From contig JAYQLI010000035.1 in the NCBI GenBank assembly GCA_038143065.1, positions 1,504,894 to 1,568,893 on the forward strand: DNA of 64,000 bases, written 5' to 3'. The notes beneath the pieces are model-generated. The model ran no database searches, was not told the origin of the DNA, and worked only from the letters and a program-made list of their open reading frames with translations. The position numbers were made by a program, and so were the translations under genes. Shown piece by piece: positions 28,740 to 39,941 of the stretch. Numbering within the stretch: position 1 is the first letter of the stretch; each line of letters begins with the position of its first letter. The stretch is from Rhodospirillales bacterium (GTDB taxonomy: Bacteria > Pseudomonadota > Alphaproteobacteria > Bin95).

Positions 28740-29509
28740 TTGATAAGTCGAAAATTGTCTGGCGTGACGTCCATTTGGCGTTTGCGGAGAAGCAAGTTCT
28801 TCGAGGCATCAACTTAAATGTTCTGGAAGGCGAGTCCTTAGTCGTGATTGGAGGGTCGGGCTCAGGTAAATCTGTACTAATCAAATCTGTCCTGGGAATT
28901 ACAAAACCTGACAGAGGTGAAGTCATAGTTGATAGCCAAAATATCGTTGGCTGCTCCTCCCACGAGCGGGATGCCGTCAATTCAAAAATTGGCATGCTAT
29001 TTCAAGGAGGTGCTCTCTTCGACAGTATTTCCGTATGGAAAAATGTTGCCTTCGGTTTAATGCAAACGGGCTCTGCCCGAGGCACCACAGCTCGATCTCG
29101 CGCAATAGAAGTGCTAGGGCGAGTCGGACTTGATAAAACGGTTGCTGACCTTTCCCCATCAGAATTATCCGGGGGCATGCAAAAGCGTGTTGCTTTAGCG
29201 CGCGCAATCATAGATGAGCCCGAAATCATCTTTTTTGACGAGCCGACGACTGGTCTTGATCCCATCATGAGTGACGTAATCAACCAACTTATTATTTCTT
29301 GTGTGCGAGATCTTGGAGCAACAGCAGTTACCATTACTCATGATATGAGAAGCGCGCGCACAATCGCGGACAAGGTCGCGATGCTATACCAAGGTCAGAT
29401 CATTTGGCACGAGCCAGTCAGCCAACTCGACAATCCCGGGAACGACTATGTCGATCAATTTGTCCATGGTCGCGGAGAAGGCCCTATTCAAATGACAATT
29501 CGGCAGTAG
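28736..29509 (+). CDS. mlaF: MlaF ABC ATPase
   Basis: GGSGSGKS, LSGGMQKRVALAR, FFDEPTTGLDP; ATGA overlap with mlaE. Confidence 0.94.
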   Translation: MIDKSKIVWRDVHLAFAEKQVLRGINLNVLEGESLVVIGGSGSGKSVLIKSVLGITKPDRGEVIVDSQNIVGCSSHERDAVNSKIGMLFQGGALFDSISVWKNVAFGLMQTGSARGTTARSRAIEVLGRVGLDKTVADLSPSELSGGMQKRVALARAIIDEPEIIFFDEPTTGLDPIMSDVINQLIISCVRDLGATAVTITHDMRSARTIADKVAMLYQGQIIWHEPVSQLDNPGNDYVDQFVHGRGEGPIQMTIRQ

Positions 29510-29513
29510 AAGC

Positions 29514-30946
29514 ATGGCGCGAAGCTCTTCTCGCTATGTATGCCAATCATGCGGTTCTGTCTCGGGACGCTGGTCCGGCAAGTGTGAGGCTTGTGAGGCA
29601 TGGAACTCTATTATTGAAGAAGTTGGTACAGCGAGTGCGGCCCCTATCGGCGGTACAAAGGCAACCGCAGCACGAGCTAAACTTCGAACTCCACCACTTA
29701 CACTAGAACAACTGACAGGCGGCACCCCTCCACAGCCGAGAACATCGACGGGAATCCATGAGCTTGATCGAGCTCTCGGCGGAGGCCTGGTGGCAGGAGG
29801 AGCGGTGCTCTTAGGAGGTGATCCTGGAATTGGCAAATCAACCCTCTTACTGCAGGCACTTGGTGGTGTAGCCAATGGTGGGCATGAAGTCGTCTATGTC
29901 TCTGGGGAAGAAGGGATTGACCAGATCCGTGGACGCGCTGAACGACTTGGACTGGCTAAAGCAGCCGTTGGACTCGCAACCGCCACTTCAGCAGATGCAG
30001 CTGCAGCAACAATCAAAGCCAACAGAGGCTTAAAACTAATTGTAATAGACTCAATCCAAACGATGTATGCAGAAGGCGTAGAGTCAGCGCCCGGATCTGT
30101 GGCTCAAGTTCGAGCATCGGCGCAGGTTTTAATCACAGCTGCCAAACAATCAAATGCCGCTCTTATCCTAGTTGGCCATGTCACCAAGGATGGGGCTATC
30201 GCAGGCCCACGCGTACTCGAACACATGGTTGATGCCGTCCTTTATTTTGAAGGCGACGCAAGCCAGCACTACCGGATACTTCGCGCCGTCAAGAACCGAT
30301 TTGGACCAGCAGATGCGCTAGGTGTGTTTGAAATGACGGGGCTTGGTCTCAAGGAAGTACCTAATCCATCCACTCTATTCCTGGCAGAGCGCCAAGACCG
30401 AGATCCCGTAACTGGCGCGGCGGTTTTCGCTGGGTTCCGCGGAGCCCGTCCTCTATTAGTTGAAGTCCAGGCCCTAGTAGGAAACCCTAGCCCCGCCTCT
30501 CCCAGACGTGCTGTGGTCGGCTGGGACTCAGCGCGATTAGCCATGACCCTAGCTGTTCTAGAAAGTCGTGCAGGCCTCCCTTTTCTGGACGGGATGTATT
30601 CCTATCAGTTGCTGGTGGATTAAAACTAGAAGAGCCGGCAGCAGATCTAGCCGCAGCTGCTGCGCTTGTGTCTGCACTATTAGAACGACCAGTTCCAAAT
30701 GAGTCAGTTTTCTATGGGGAACTCGCTTTATCCGGTGAAGTGCGCCCCGCTCCACAGGCCAAATCTCGCCTGGATGAAGCTGAACGTCTCGGTTTTAGCG
30801 AAGCAGCCGTACCTGGTGATGCCAAATCTTCAAAACTCCGTATCACTAAAATCAATAGAATAGATAAATTAGTTCAATTGATTGCAGCGCAGCCCTTGCT
30901 TAAAGCTCCGAAAACATCAGATTGGAATGATCGCTACGATGACTAA
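29514..30946 (+). CDS. radA: DNA repair protein RadA/Sms; frameshift at T run 30581-30584
   Basis: CxxC..CxxC zinc finger, GDPGIGKST, KNRFG; adding one T gives FSGRDVFLSVAGGLKLEEPAADLA. Confidence 0.95.
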
Positions 30947-30963
30947 CAATCGATTCGGAGCCA

Positions 30964-31619
30964 ATGTATAGCGACCTCCACACCCTTGACTTGGTTGTTG
31001 CCGCAATAGTGCTGCTAAGCGGGGTTCTTGCATTTATGCACGGGCTTCTCCGCGAGGTACTTGGAATCGGTGTTTGGATCGGAGCAAGCGCAAGCTCGGT
31101 TGCTTTTTATTCAGTGGCTCGAGAACCTGTTGGTCTCTATATACCCTCCCCTCTAGTAGCTGATGCTGCAGCCGGCGCACTGTTATTCATTGGAACGTTT
31201 CTTATTCTTGCAATAGTAAGCCGCGCGATCTCTCGTGCATTTGAGAGTGGTGACGGTCTTGGAGCAATAAATCGATCTTTAGGCCTGATGTTTGGCCTGG
31301 CTCGCGGTGCAATTATTGTGGTGGTGGCTTATCTAGCACTTGCATGGACAATTCCTGAACGTGACCATCCCGAATGGGTAACTGAGGCAAAAACAATGCC
31401 TTTGATTAAAGAAGCATCAGCAATGCTTGAGCAAGCCCTGCCCGAAGAATGGCGAGCAAAAGGTAAAGACGCTGCTGATAACGCAAAAGAGACTGCTGAT
31501 AACAAATTGCTTGAGGGACTAATTGCACCTAAAGCGATTTCTAAGAAAAAAATGATGAGAGCGGCTACAACGCTAAAGAACGCAACGCAATGGACCAGCT
31601 AATTCGAGATGCGAAATGA
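30964..31619 (+). CDS. cvpA: Colicin V production protein CvpA; probable frameshift at A run 31546-31552
   Basis: GLLREVLG, INRSLGLMFGLARG; the shifted frame gives the tail SGYNAKERNAMDQLIRDAK*. Confidence 0.9.
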
Positions 31620-31643
31620 GCTTATTCGCCGGAGACAAATCTG

Positions 31644-33148
31644 ATGCTTAACGCGCGCCGCCCCCAATATGCTGACGATGACAAGCTGCACGAAGAGTGC
31701 GCAATTGTAGGGTTTGGAATGCTGTAGGGGCCGCTAAGCTAACCGCTCTTGGTTTGCACGCTCTTCAACACCGGGGACAAGAGGCAAGCGGAATCGTATC
31801 CCATGATCGCTCTGAAGGGCGTTTTTATTCTAGAAAAGGCCGTGGACATGTGGAGCGCGTTTTTGGCTCTCCAGAGAGGATTGAAGGACTAAAAGGTGGC
31901 GGTGCTATAGGCCACAATCGCTACGCTACAACTGGCGAAGATATGACAAGTAATATTCAGCCAATGTTTGCTGAATTTGCTTTTGGAGGTTTTGCTGTTG
32001 CTCATAATGGTAATTTAACCAACGCTTTAAAGATCCGTTATCGTTTAGTAGCAGAAGGCTCTATCTTCCAGTCGTCCAGCGATACTGAGGTTATAATTCA
32101 CCTTATTGCCCGAAGCGTGCGCTCAACTCTGGCGGAAAGAGTAGTTGATGCGTTGACACAAATGGACGGAGCCTACTCCCTAGTAGCACTTAGCCCCAAA
32201 AAGCTGATCGGTGTCCGTGACCCTATGGGCGTCCGCCCATTAGCTCTGGGCCGTATCGTCGGCCAAGCAGTCGGTGGCGGGGACGCCTACGTACTAGCTA
32301 GTGAAAGTTGTGCGTTTGATCTGTTAGGCGCCGAATTTGTGCGAGAATTAAATCCAGGTGAAATGGTTGTCATAGATGATAATGGGATTACTAGCCTAAA
32401 CCCATTTCCACCTGCCGTGCCAAAGCCCTGTATTTTTGAGCATATCTACTTTGCACGTCCCGATAGCGTGATTGGTGGTCGTTCAGTTTACGAAACACGC
32501 AAACTCATTGGGAAAGAACTCGCGCAAGAGTCTCATCCAGCTAACGGTGCTGATATTGTAGTACCAGTGCCAGACTCTGGAGTGCCAGCGGCAATTGGTT
32601 ATGCGACAGAGGCAAATGTACCGTTTGAGCTTGGTATTATTAGAAGCCACTATGTGGGACGCACATTCATCCAACCGACACAATCTATCCGCGACCTTGG
32701 GGTCCGCATGAAACACAGTGCAAATGGAGGCGTTCTCAAAGGCAAGCGGGTGGTTTTGGTTGATGATTCAATTGTGCGTGGCACTACGTCGGCCAAGATC
32801 GTTGACTTGGTACGCAGGGCTGGCGCGGCTGAAGTTCATATGCGCATTTCCAGCCCACCTACTACTAATCCCTGCTTCTATGGCATTGATACACCAGACC
32901 GGTCAGAGTTGCTTGCAGCAAGGTACTCATTGGAGGAGATGGCCAAACAAATCAAAGCTGACAGTTTGGCTTTTGTATCTCTAGATGGCCTTTATCGCGC
33001 AATGGGAGAACCCACTGGCAGGAACACCGAACAGCCACAATATTGTGATGCTTGCTTCACTGGCGAATACCCAAGTCGACTTGTTGATCAAGATGAAGGA
33101 CTTATCGGTGCATCAAGTGGCTTGCCGATAGAACAGGCCGCAGAATGA
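31644..33148 (+). CDS. purF: Amidophosphoribosyltransferase; frameshift at G run 31710-31712
   Basis: Restored N-terminus ...DDDKLHEECAIVGVW, LQHRGQE, GHNRYAT, VDDSIVRGTT, PCFYGID. Confidence 0.96.
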
Positions 33149-33855
33149 CAGAACAAAAACTCCTTACTGGCCAGGTGGCGCTTGTTGCTGGCGCATCCAG
33201 AGGGCTTGGCGCCGCAACCGCTGAAGCTTTAGCAAACTCAGGAGCAGAAGTGCTGCTTGTAGCTCGGACGCAGGGTGCGCTAGAGGAAATTCACGACAAA
33301 ATCAGTGCTGCTGGTGGTAAAGCAGTTATAGCGCCCGTCGACCTTCTCGACGGCGAAGCTCAAGACAGGCTCGCAATTGGTGTCGCGGAAAGATATGGAC
33401 GTCTGGACATCCTCGTGCAAACAGCAGCCATTCTTGGTCAGCTATCTCCTATTTCTCATTTCACCCCAGAACTATTTGAACGAATAATAGCATCAAACCT
33501 GACCGCAAACTGGCGTTTAATTCGGAATTTTGAGGCTCTTCTTCAACAATCTAATTCAGGCCGCGCAATTATAACTACCTGCGGTATAGCCGAGAACGGA
33601 GAACCCTTTTGGGCGCCTTACGCCGCCAGCAAAAGTGCACTGCAAGCTATGGTGGCATGCTGGGCCCGAGAGGTAGAGCACACTAAACTGAGAGTAAATT
33701 TGATTGATCCTGGTGTCATGCGAACTACATTGAGAGCGGAAGCTTTTCCGGGCGAAGACCCTTCACAACTCCAATTGCCGGCCTCAGTAGCGCCATTGAT
33801 TGTCAAACTTTCGCTGCCAACAAACAATGCGCACGGGAAAATAATCAAAGCTTAA
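33145..33855 (+). CDS. SDR oxidoreductase (YciK-like)
   Basis: GASRGLG, YAASK, RTTLRAEAFPGEDP; usual neighbour of purF in alphaproteobacteria. Confidence 0.88.
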   Translation: MTEQKLLTGQVALVAGASRGLGAATAEALANSGAEVLLVARTQGALEEIHDKISAAGGKAVIAPVDLLDGEAQDRLAIGVAERYGRLDILVQTAAILGQLSPISHFTPELFERIIASNLTANWRLIRNFEALLQQSNSGRAIITTCGIAENGEPFWAPYAASKSALQAMVACWAREVEHTKLRVNLIDPGVMRTTLRAEAFPGEDPSQLQLPASVAPLIVKLSLPTNNAHGKIIKA

Positions 33856-33865
33856 TAAGGTTTAA

Positions 33866-34783
33866 TTAAAGCCCCCATCTAAGCGCTATAGGGTCCGCTT
33901 CCCTTGCCAACTCCAAAAGTTCTGCCTTCGTGCTTGGGTGTAAGGGGCGCGTTGGATGACGAACATAGTCAGACTTAAATACATTACCTGCCTGCATGAC
34001 TGCCTTTGTAGAGCGCCAGCCACACTGACGATTTTCAAAGTTTATGAGAGGTAACAATTCCTTATAGATTTTCCTTGCCTCATCACGCCGGCCTTCTAAG
34101 TGCGATATGATTGAAGGACGAATTAGATCAGGTAGAGTTGCAGAGGTCATAGAACCAGTTGCTCCAGCATCCATGTCTGCCATCAGAGTAATAGCTTCCT
34201 CTCCGTCAAAAGGACCCTCAATTGCTTCACCACCAGCCTCAATTAGGGCACGAAGCTTGGCCGCAGTGCCAGGAGTTTCGATTTTAAAGAGTTTAACCTG
34301 TTCAATTTCCCGTGCCATCCGAACCATAAGAGAGACGGATAAGTTTACACCAGAAATCGGGGCATCCTGAACCATTATTGGGATGTTTCCGGCATCAGAA
34401 GCACGGGCGAAATGCTCAATTATCCCTTCCTCATCTGCCCTCAGAAGAGCTCCATGATATGGCGGCATTAACATTAGCATCGCTGCACCCATTGCCGCCG
34501 CCTCTCGGGCCCTAGCTTCCACTACGCCCGTTGAGAAGTGAGATGCTGTAACGATAATTGGTACACGCCCTGATGCATGCTCCAAGCAAAGGCGCGTTAA
34601 AGTTGCGCGCTCATCGTCACTTAGCAGAAACTGCTCCGAAAAGTTGGCCAGGATACAGATCCCATCAACCTTCTGATCAATCATGCAATCTATGACCCTC
34701 TTCATACCATCAAGGTCAAGGGATCCATTTTCATGAAAAGGTGTTGGGGCCACTGGCCAAACACCACTGTAACGATGCGCCAT
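33866..34783 (-). CDS. araD: DHDPS-family L-2-keto-3-deoxyarabonate dehydratase (Azospirillum AraD-like)
   Basis: CILANFSEQF, MPPYHGA, QDAP.SG, FKIETPG, DGEEAITL, PLINFENRQ. Confidence 0.8.
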   Translation of the reverse strand: MAHRYSGVWPVAPTPFHENGSLDLDGMKRVIDCMIDQKVDGICILANFSEQFLLSDDERATLTRLCLEHASGRVPIIVTASHFSTGVVEARAREAAAMGAAMLMLMPPYHGALLRADEEGIIEHFARASDAGNIPIMVQDAPISGVNLSVSLMVRMAREIEQVKLFKIETPGTAAKLRALIEAGGEAIEGPFDGEEAITLMADMDAGATGSMTSATLPDLIRPSIISHLEGRRDEARKIYKELLPLINFENRQCGWRSTKAVMQAGNVFKSDYVRHPTRPLHPSTKAELLELAREADPIALRWGL

Positions 34784-34792
34784 TATTTTTCC

Positions 34793-35746
34793 TTAAAAGA
34801 CCTGAGGTGGTACAGGCGTCAACACTGGCTTACCTGAAAAATACGCGTCAAGATTAGCTATCACGAGATCGGCCATTGCTCTGCGAGTTTCATAGGTCGA
34901 ACTAGCGATGTGAGGAGTCAACACCACGTTTTCCATTTCTAACAGCTCGTCTGGCACTGTTGGCTCCCCATCAAAAACGTCCAGACCAGCACCAGCAATG
35001 ACACCTGATTTGAGAGCTTCAATTAGGTCTTTTTGGTTAACAATTGGACCACGCGCCGTATTAACCAAATACCCTTTGGAACCTAAGGACCTCAGAATAC
35101 TAGCATCCACAAGACCTCTATTAGCAGGCCCGCCTTCGCAAGCTACTAGCAAAATATCGCTAGCCTCAGCCAAATCTGTAAGCGTGGGATAGTGGCGATA
35201 CGGTAGATCGCCCATTGGCTGAATGTCGTGGAAGGCAATATTAACTCCAAAAACCTCAGCCCGCCTAGCAACGGCCTTGCCTATGCGGCCAAGGCACAAG
35301 ATACCCAAAGTACGCCCCTTAACTGTGACCCCAAAGTCCATACGTTTTTTTAACCACTCACCTCGGCGCAAAAACCGCTCTGACTCCCCTACTCTTCGGG
35401 TCACCATCAAGATTAATGTCATTGCAAGATCAGCAACATCGCCTGTTAGCACTTCGGGAGTATGAGTAACCAATACTCCACGCGACTGAGCCGCCACTAC
35501 ATCCGTGGCATCTAAACCTACGCTATGGGATGCTATAATTTCAAGATTGGGTAAGCTCCCAATTAAGTTTGCGTCGGGACCTTGAGTACCTCCTGCAAGA
35601 ATGCCCCGAATATTTGGTCCTACCTTTTCAAGAAGCTCATCTGCTCCAGAACCATCAACACACTGATGAATTCGGTAGTTCTCCGATAAGCGCTCTATGA
35701 GCGCGGGCGGCAAAGTCGCGACTTGTAAAAGATCAATCAACAGCAT
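34793..35746 (-). CDS. D-2-hydroxyacid dehydrogenase (hydroxypyruvate/glyoxylate reductase-like)
   Basis: VNTARG, AGLDVF.GEP, LTPHIAS; Rossmann motif reads GILCLGRIG. Confidence 0.9.
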   Translation of the reverse strand: MLLIDLLQVATLPPALIERLSENYRIHQCVDGSGADELLEKVGPNIRGILAGGTQGPDANLIGSLPNLEIIASHSVGLDATDVVAAQSRGVLVTHTPEVLTGDVADLAMTLILMVTRRVGESERFLRRGEWLKKRMDFGVTVKGRTLGILCLGRIGKAVARRAEVFGVNIAFHDIQPMGDLPYRHYPTLTDLAEASDILLVACEGGPANRGLVDASILRSLGSKGYLVNTARGPIVNQKDLIEALKSGVIAGAGLDVFDGEPTVPDELLEMENVVLTPHIASSTYETRRAMADLVIANLDAYFSGKPVLTPVPPQVF

Positions 35747-36366
35747 TCTCCAGAACTGTAGTTCGCTATGGCTGATCTACCACGCGAAATAACATCAACA
35801 ACTAAATCGCCAGGCTTGAAAAGACTTGAGCCAAGACCAAAGCCCGTGACACCTGCTGCTCTATAACCCGCAAAATCTGAGTCGGAAACGCCACCAACTG
35901 CTATAACGTCGGTTTCCGAGGGTAAAACAGCTGAAATTGCCTTTATGCCATCTGGCCCTGACAGTGAGGCTGGAAAAAATTTTAGCGCATGAGCACCACA
36001 AGAAAGGGCTGCCAATGCTTCTGTAGCTGTGAAAACGCCAGGTACAGTAGTCATACCCCTCGATACACTCTCGTTAATCACCTCAGGATTACAATTGGGT
36101 GCAACGATCAGATTACCCCCTAAATCATTAACCCTCCTCGCATCCTGCGGTCGTAAAACAGTCCCAGCACCAATGAGGCAGCTAGCACCTTCAGCAACAC
36201 GAATAGCTCGTTCAATGGACACAAAGGGGTTAGGCGAATTCAAAGGGATCTCCAGAGCCCGAAAACCTACGTCAATAAGTCCCTCCGCAATTGGGCTTAT
36301 CTCCTCCGGCGTCACCCCCCTAAGAATTGCTATTAGTTTTGGCTCTAAATCCCTCCACGCGCTCAT
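35737..36366 (-). CDS. dgoA: 2-dehydro-3-deoxy-6-phosphogalactonate aldolase
   Basis: LIAILRG, EIPLNSP, IGAGTVL, LKFFPA, AVGGV, GFGLGS. Confidence 0.92.
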   Translation of the reverse strand: MSAWRDLEPKLIAILRGVTPEEISPIAEGLIDVGFRALEIPLNSPNPFVSIERAIRVAEGASCLIGAGTVLRPQDARRVNDLGGNLIVAPNCNPEVINESVSRGMTTVPGVFTATEALAALSCGAHALKFFPASLSGPDGIKAISAVLPSETDVIAVGGVSDSDFAGYRAAGVTGFGLGSSLFKPGDLVVDVISRGRSAIANYSSGECC

Positions 36367-37286
36367 TTGGAAAACCTTTCTGGCCAAATAGAACTTGCTG
36401 CATACGTCAAACCAGCTCGAATGAGCGCCTCCGCATCAACCTGTTTAAATTTTATACCCGCCACATCCAATGCTCGTGCATAGGCCAATGACAGTCTTCC
36501 TGCAGCAACCAAAAGAATTTCCTCATGTTTTTTGCCGAACGCAGCGATTTCTGTCCCAATAAGAAGACCAGAAAGGCGAGCGGTTGCTCCTTCCGCAGCC
36601 TGCTGACCAAACAACAATGGACCAGCTCGCACGCTGAACAATTTTTGAATCAGGTCGCCTGGCGAACTTAGACCTTCAGCAACTGCTTCAACGAAATGAG
36701 GGTCTTTCGCGACCTCTTGATGAACGTTTGTAAAGTGGCTGAGCGTTGAAGAGTTTGCGAGCAAACTGAAAATTTCACCAGTCATCGAGGTTCCAAATCG
36801 CTTCACCTCTCCTTCACTAATTTGTGCCCATTTTGAATGTGTTCCAGGCAAGCAAACCGTTCGCTCTTCAACGCCTTGGGCAAGGGTTGCTCCAAGCAAT
36901 AGTGTCTCCTCACCTCGCATCACATCTGGTTGTTCAGGCATACGCTGTGCTAGGCCTGGCAGTATTCGGACGTCGCGGTCTAGGTTGTCTATTTTGCAGG
37001 CTGCTTCATGCATCGTGGATAGGTTTGCTGGCAAATCGACGTATGGGGCTGACTTCCACCCCTGTGCAGAGCCTGCCATCCCACAAATCAGGACTGGTAT
37101 ATTTAATGGTGCGCTCGATTTATCTAACGCGTCTTCAAGCACAGGCCTGTAATCTTCTGGCCTTAGCAAGGCCATACCATGATCACTTCTAACCTCCGCC
37201 AGGGGGAGACCAGCTTGGTCAAGCAACCAGAAGCGAAAACTGGAGGTGCCCCAGTCGATAGCGGCGATAACGGCTTTTTGCATCAT
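36363..37286 (-). CDS. dgoK: 2-dehydro-3-deoxygalactonokinase
   Basis: IDWGTSSFR, CGMAGS, DVMRGEET, LPGTHSKW, MTGE, LSGLLIGTEI. Confidence 0.94.
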   Translation of the reverse strand: MMQKAVIAAIDWGTSSFRFWLLDQAGLPLAEVRSDHGMALLRPEDYRPVLEDALDKSSAPLNIPVLICGMAGSAQGWKSAPYVDLPANLSTMHEAACKIDNLDRDVRILPGLAQRMPEQPDVMRGEETLLLGATLAQGVEERTVCLPGTHSKWAQISEGEVKRFGTSMTGEIFSLLANSSTLSHFTNVHQEVAKDPHFVEAVAEGLSSPGDLIQKLFSVRAGPLLFGQQAAEGATARLSGLLIGTEIAAFGKKHEEILLVAAGRLSLAYARALDVAGIKFKQVDAEALIRAGLTYAASSIWPERFSK

Positions 37287-37339
37287 GCTAACCCTAGCGC
37301 GACAACACCCAAAATGGCTAGATTTGTTATATCGGCACT

Positions 37340-39085
37340 ATGGAGGCATTAATGGACTGTTCAGATAAGCGTCAAGCTGATGATTTATCACCTAGAAACG
37401 GTAAGGCACACGTAGTTGGTCCGACAAATATTGATTTATGGCAGAAAACGATCCCCGAGGTTTTTAAGGAAACCGTTTCAAAATTCCCAAATAGAGATGC
37501 CGCAGTATTCCCAGAACAAGGAATAAGGCGAACGTGGGCAGAATTGGATGTGGAAGCAGACGCCCTTGCTGCGGGTTTTTTAAATCTTGGACTTCAACCT
37601 GGCGATCGGGTTGGCATATGGTCTCCCAATCGTCACGAATGGTTGCTAACTCAAATCGCAACCGCCCGAGTAGGCCTGATACTCGTAACAATTAATCCCG
37701 CCTATAGACTTGCAGAAGTAGAGTACGTCCTCAACCAAGTCGAATGCTCCTGTCTTGTGACAGCCGCTGCATTCAAATCCAGCAATTACGTCTCGCTGAT
37801 ACAGGAACTGGCCCCTGAGTTAATTTCTTCAAAACCTGGGTCATTAAAATCATCTCTTTTACCACACCTAAAAGCAGTGGTTTGCATGAGCGAAGAAACT
37901 GTCCCCGGGATGCTAAAATTTGGTGACGTGGTCGACTCTGGCCGAAACATCGAAACTCAAGAGCTCGACCGTATCTCGGAGCGCCTCGATCCAGACGATC
38001 CTATTAACATTCAATTCACAAGCGGCACGACGGGAGCACCAAAGGGAGCCACGCTTACACATATTAATATTTTGAATAACGGGCGCTTTGTAGTGGCCGC
38101 CCAAAACTTTACTGAAGCAGACCGGCTTTGCATTCCCGTACCGTTATATCACTGTTTTGGGATGGTAATGGGCGTACTTGGATGCATCTCGACGGGTGCG
38201 GCAATGGTATTTCCTAGCGAGGGATTTGACCCTGTAGCAACAATGTCTGCGGTTGATAGTGAAAAATGCACATCAATTTACGGTGTTCCGACTATGTTTG
38301 TTGCTTGCCTGCAGCATCCCAACATAAAGGACCTTGACCTCCAGGCACTGCGGACAGGTGTTATGGCTGGGGCGCCTTGCCCCATAGAAGTGATGAAGCG
38401 GTGCGTAAACGAATTAAACCTCAGAGACATTACCATCGCTTACGGAATGACAGAGACTAGCCCTGTATCCTTCCAAACCTCAACCGAAGACCCTTTGGAG
38501 CGGAGAGTTTCTACCGTTGGTCGCATTCAACCTCATACAGAGGTGAAAGTCATTGACGAGGACGGAAACACTGTACTTCCAGGAGAACAAGGCGAACTTT
38601 GCACTCGTGGTTATTGCGTTATGAAAGGCTATTGGAACGAACCTACACGTACTTCTGAAGCAATCGACGAAGATGGGTGGATGCACACGGGTGATTTAGG
38701 CGTCATCGATCAGGAAGGATATTGTAACATCACTGGTCGAGTGAAGGACATGCTTGTCCGAGGCGGAGAGAATGTGTACCCGCGTGAAATTGAAGAATTC
38801 CTTTATCGACATCCATCAGTACAGGAAGTGCAAGTCTTTGGCGTCCCAGATAAAAAATTTGGTGAGGAAGTTTGTGCTTGGATAGTGCCCAAGTCAGGAC
38901 AGCCTGTACCTGACGAGGAAGCAATCCGTACCTTCTGCCAAGGTCAAATCGCTCACTATAAAATTCCGCGATATGTTCGTATCAAAGATACCATACCAAT
39001 GACCGTCACTGGCAAACCACAAAAATTTGTCATGCGCGATATGATGATAGAAGAACTTAACATTGACATTGAGGAGACAGCCTAA
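37340..39085 (+). CDS. AMP-binding acyl-CoA synthetase (ACSF2-like)
   Basis: [48 protein letters not shown]. Confidence 0.93.
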   Translation: MEALMDCSDKRQADDLSPRNGKAHVVGPTNIDLWQKTIPEVFKETVSKFPNRDAAVFPEQGIRRTWAELDVEADALAAGFLNLGLQPGDRVGIWSPNRHEWLLTQIATARVGLILVTINPAYRLAEVEYVLNQVECSCLVTAAAFKSSNYVSLIQELAPELISSKPGSLKSSLLPHLKAVVCMSEETVPGMLKFGDVVDSGRNIETQELDRISERLDPDDPINIQFTSGTTGAPKGATLTHINILNNGRFVVAAQNFTEADRLCIPVPLYHCFGMVMGVLGCISTGAAMVFPSEGFDPVATMSAVDSEKCTSIYGVPTMFVACLQHPNIKDLDLQALRTGVMAGAPCPIEVMKRCVNELNLRDITIAYGMTETSPVSFQTSTEDPLERRVSTVGRIQPHTEVKVIDEDGNTVLPGEQGELCTRGYCVMKGYWNEPTRTSEAIDEDGWMHTGDLGVIDQEGYCNITGRVKDMLVRGGENVYPREIEEFLYRHPSVQEVQVFGVPDKKFGEEVCAWIVPKSGQPVPDEEAIRTFCQGQIAHYKIPRYVRIKDTIPMTVTGKPQKFVMRDMMIEELNIDIEETA

Positions 39086-39087
39086 TC

Positions 39088-39828
39088 ATGGCTCAAAGTA
39101 ATAGGACTGCATTAATCACAGGATCTGGCCGCAATATTGGAAGAGGGTGTGCCGCCCATCTTGCCGCCATGGGATTCAATGTGGTGATCAACGGTTCCTC
39201 AAATCAAAAAAATTGTGAACGAGTAGCCGATGAAGTCAGAGCTGCTGGCAGCGATGCAATGATCGCAATGGCGGATTGTGGTGACCAAACACAAGTAGAA
39301 GAAATGGCGGCAAGTGCCATCAAGAAATTTGGACGGATAGACGTACTAATTCATAACGCGGCAATCAGGCCTGGGGCACCTTTCCTGGAAATGTCAGATG
39401 CTGATTTGGACCAAGTTATGCGCGTTAATACCTATGCCGCGGTTTGGCTGTCCCGTGCAGCTCTTCCAGGCATGATTGAGGCAGGTTGGGGTCGGATCAT
39501 CAACTTCACCGGAATGAATGCGCAGCGCGGTTCAGGAGGGCGGCCACATGTGACTATGTCAAAGCATGCTGTGGTTGGCCTTACAAAGGCCCTTGCTCGC
39601 GAATTTGGACCAAAAGGCGTTACATCCAATGTTATCTCCCCAGGGACATTCCCTGGTGAAGGTGATAATGCAGCACATGGTAGCTTGGATAAATTGCTGG
39701 CGGATGTTCCGGTAGGTCGGCTTGGCGAGTCCAACGACATTGCAGCACTCGTGGCTTACTTGTGCGGCCCCCATGGCGGTTTCGTGAACGGCCAACTTCT
39801 CCAAGTAAATGGCGGCGTCGAAATGTAA
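39088..39828 (+). CDS. SDR oxidoreductase (FabG-like, atypical active site)
   Basis: TGSGRNIG, HNAA, VNGQLLQVNGG; the YxxxK position reads VTMSK. Confidence 0.85.
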   Translation: MAQSNRTALITGSGRNIGRGCAAHLAAMGFNVVINGSSNQKNCERVADEVRAAGSDAMIAMADCGDQTQVEEMAASAIKKFGRIDVLIHNAAIRPGAPFLEMSDADLDQVMRVNTYAAVWLSRAALPGMIEAGWGRIINFTGMNAQRGSGGRPHVTMSKHAVVGLTKALAREFGPKGVTSNVISPGTFPGEGDNAAHGSLDKLLADVPVGRLGESNDIAALVAYLCGPHGGFVNGQLLQVNGGVEM

Positions 39829-39849
39829 ATTAGGAACGGGTTGTTCGAA

Positions 39850-39891
39850 GGCTGCCTTTCCTAGTCGCTGCACTCGATGGGAATGGCAGCC
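39850..39891. terminator. Long imperfect hairpin between convergent genes
   Basis: GGCTGCCTTTCC...GGAATGGCAGCC. Confidence 0.5.
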
Positions 39892-39941
39892 CCCACCTCT
39901 TCATCAGATGGAAATCAAAACACCATAAAGCTTAAGACCAA

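Noticed and set aside
27966-29509. mlaEF without mlaD/mlaC as an incomplete system
   Set aside because: dnaB-alr-mlaE-mlaF-radA-cvpA-purF is a familiar alphaproteobacterial arrangement with the partners elsewhere
39829-39941. Hairpin with GGGAA next to pduO as a cobalamin riboswitch
   Set aside because: It lies downstream of pduO, is too short and lacks a B12 box; a terminator is more likely
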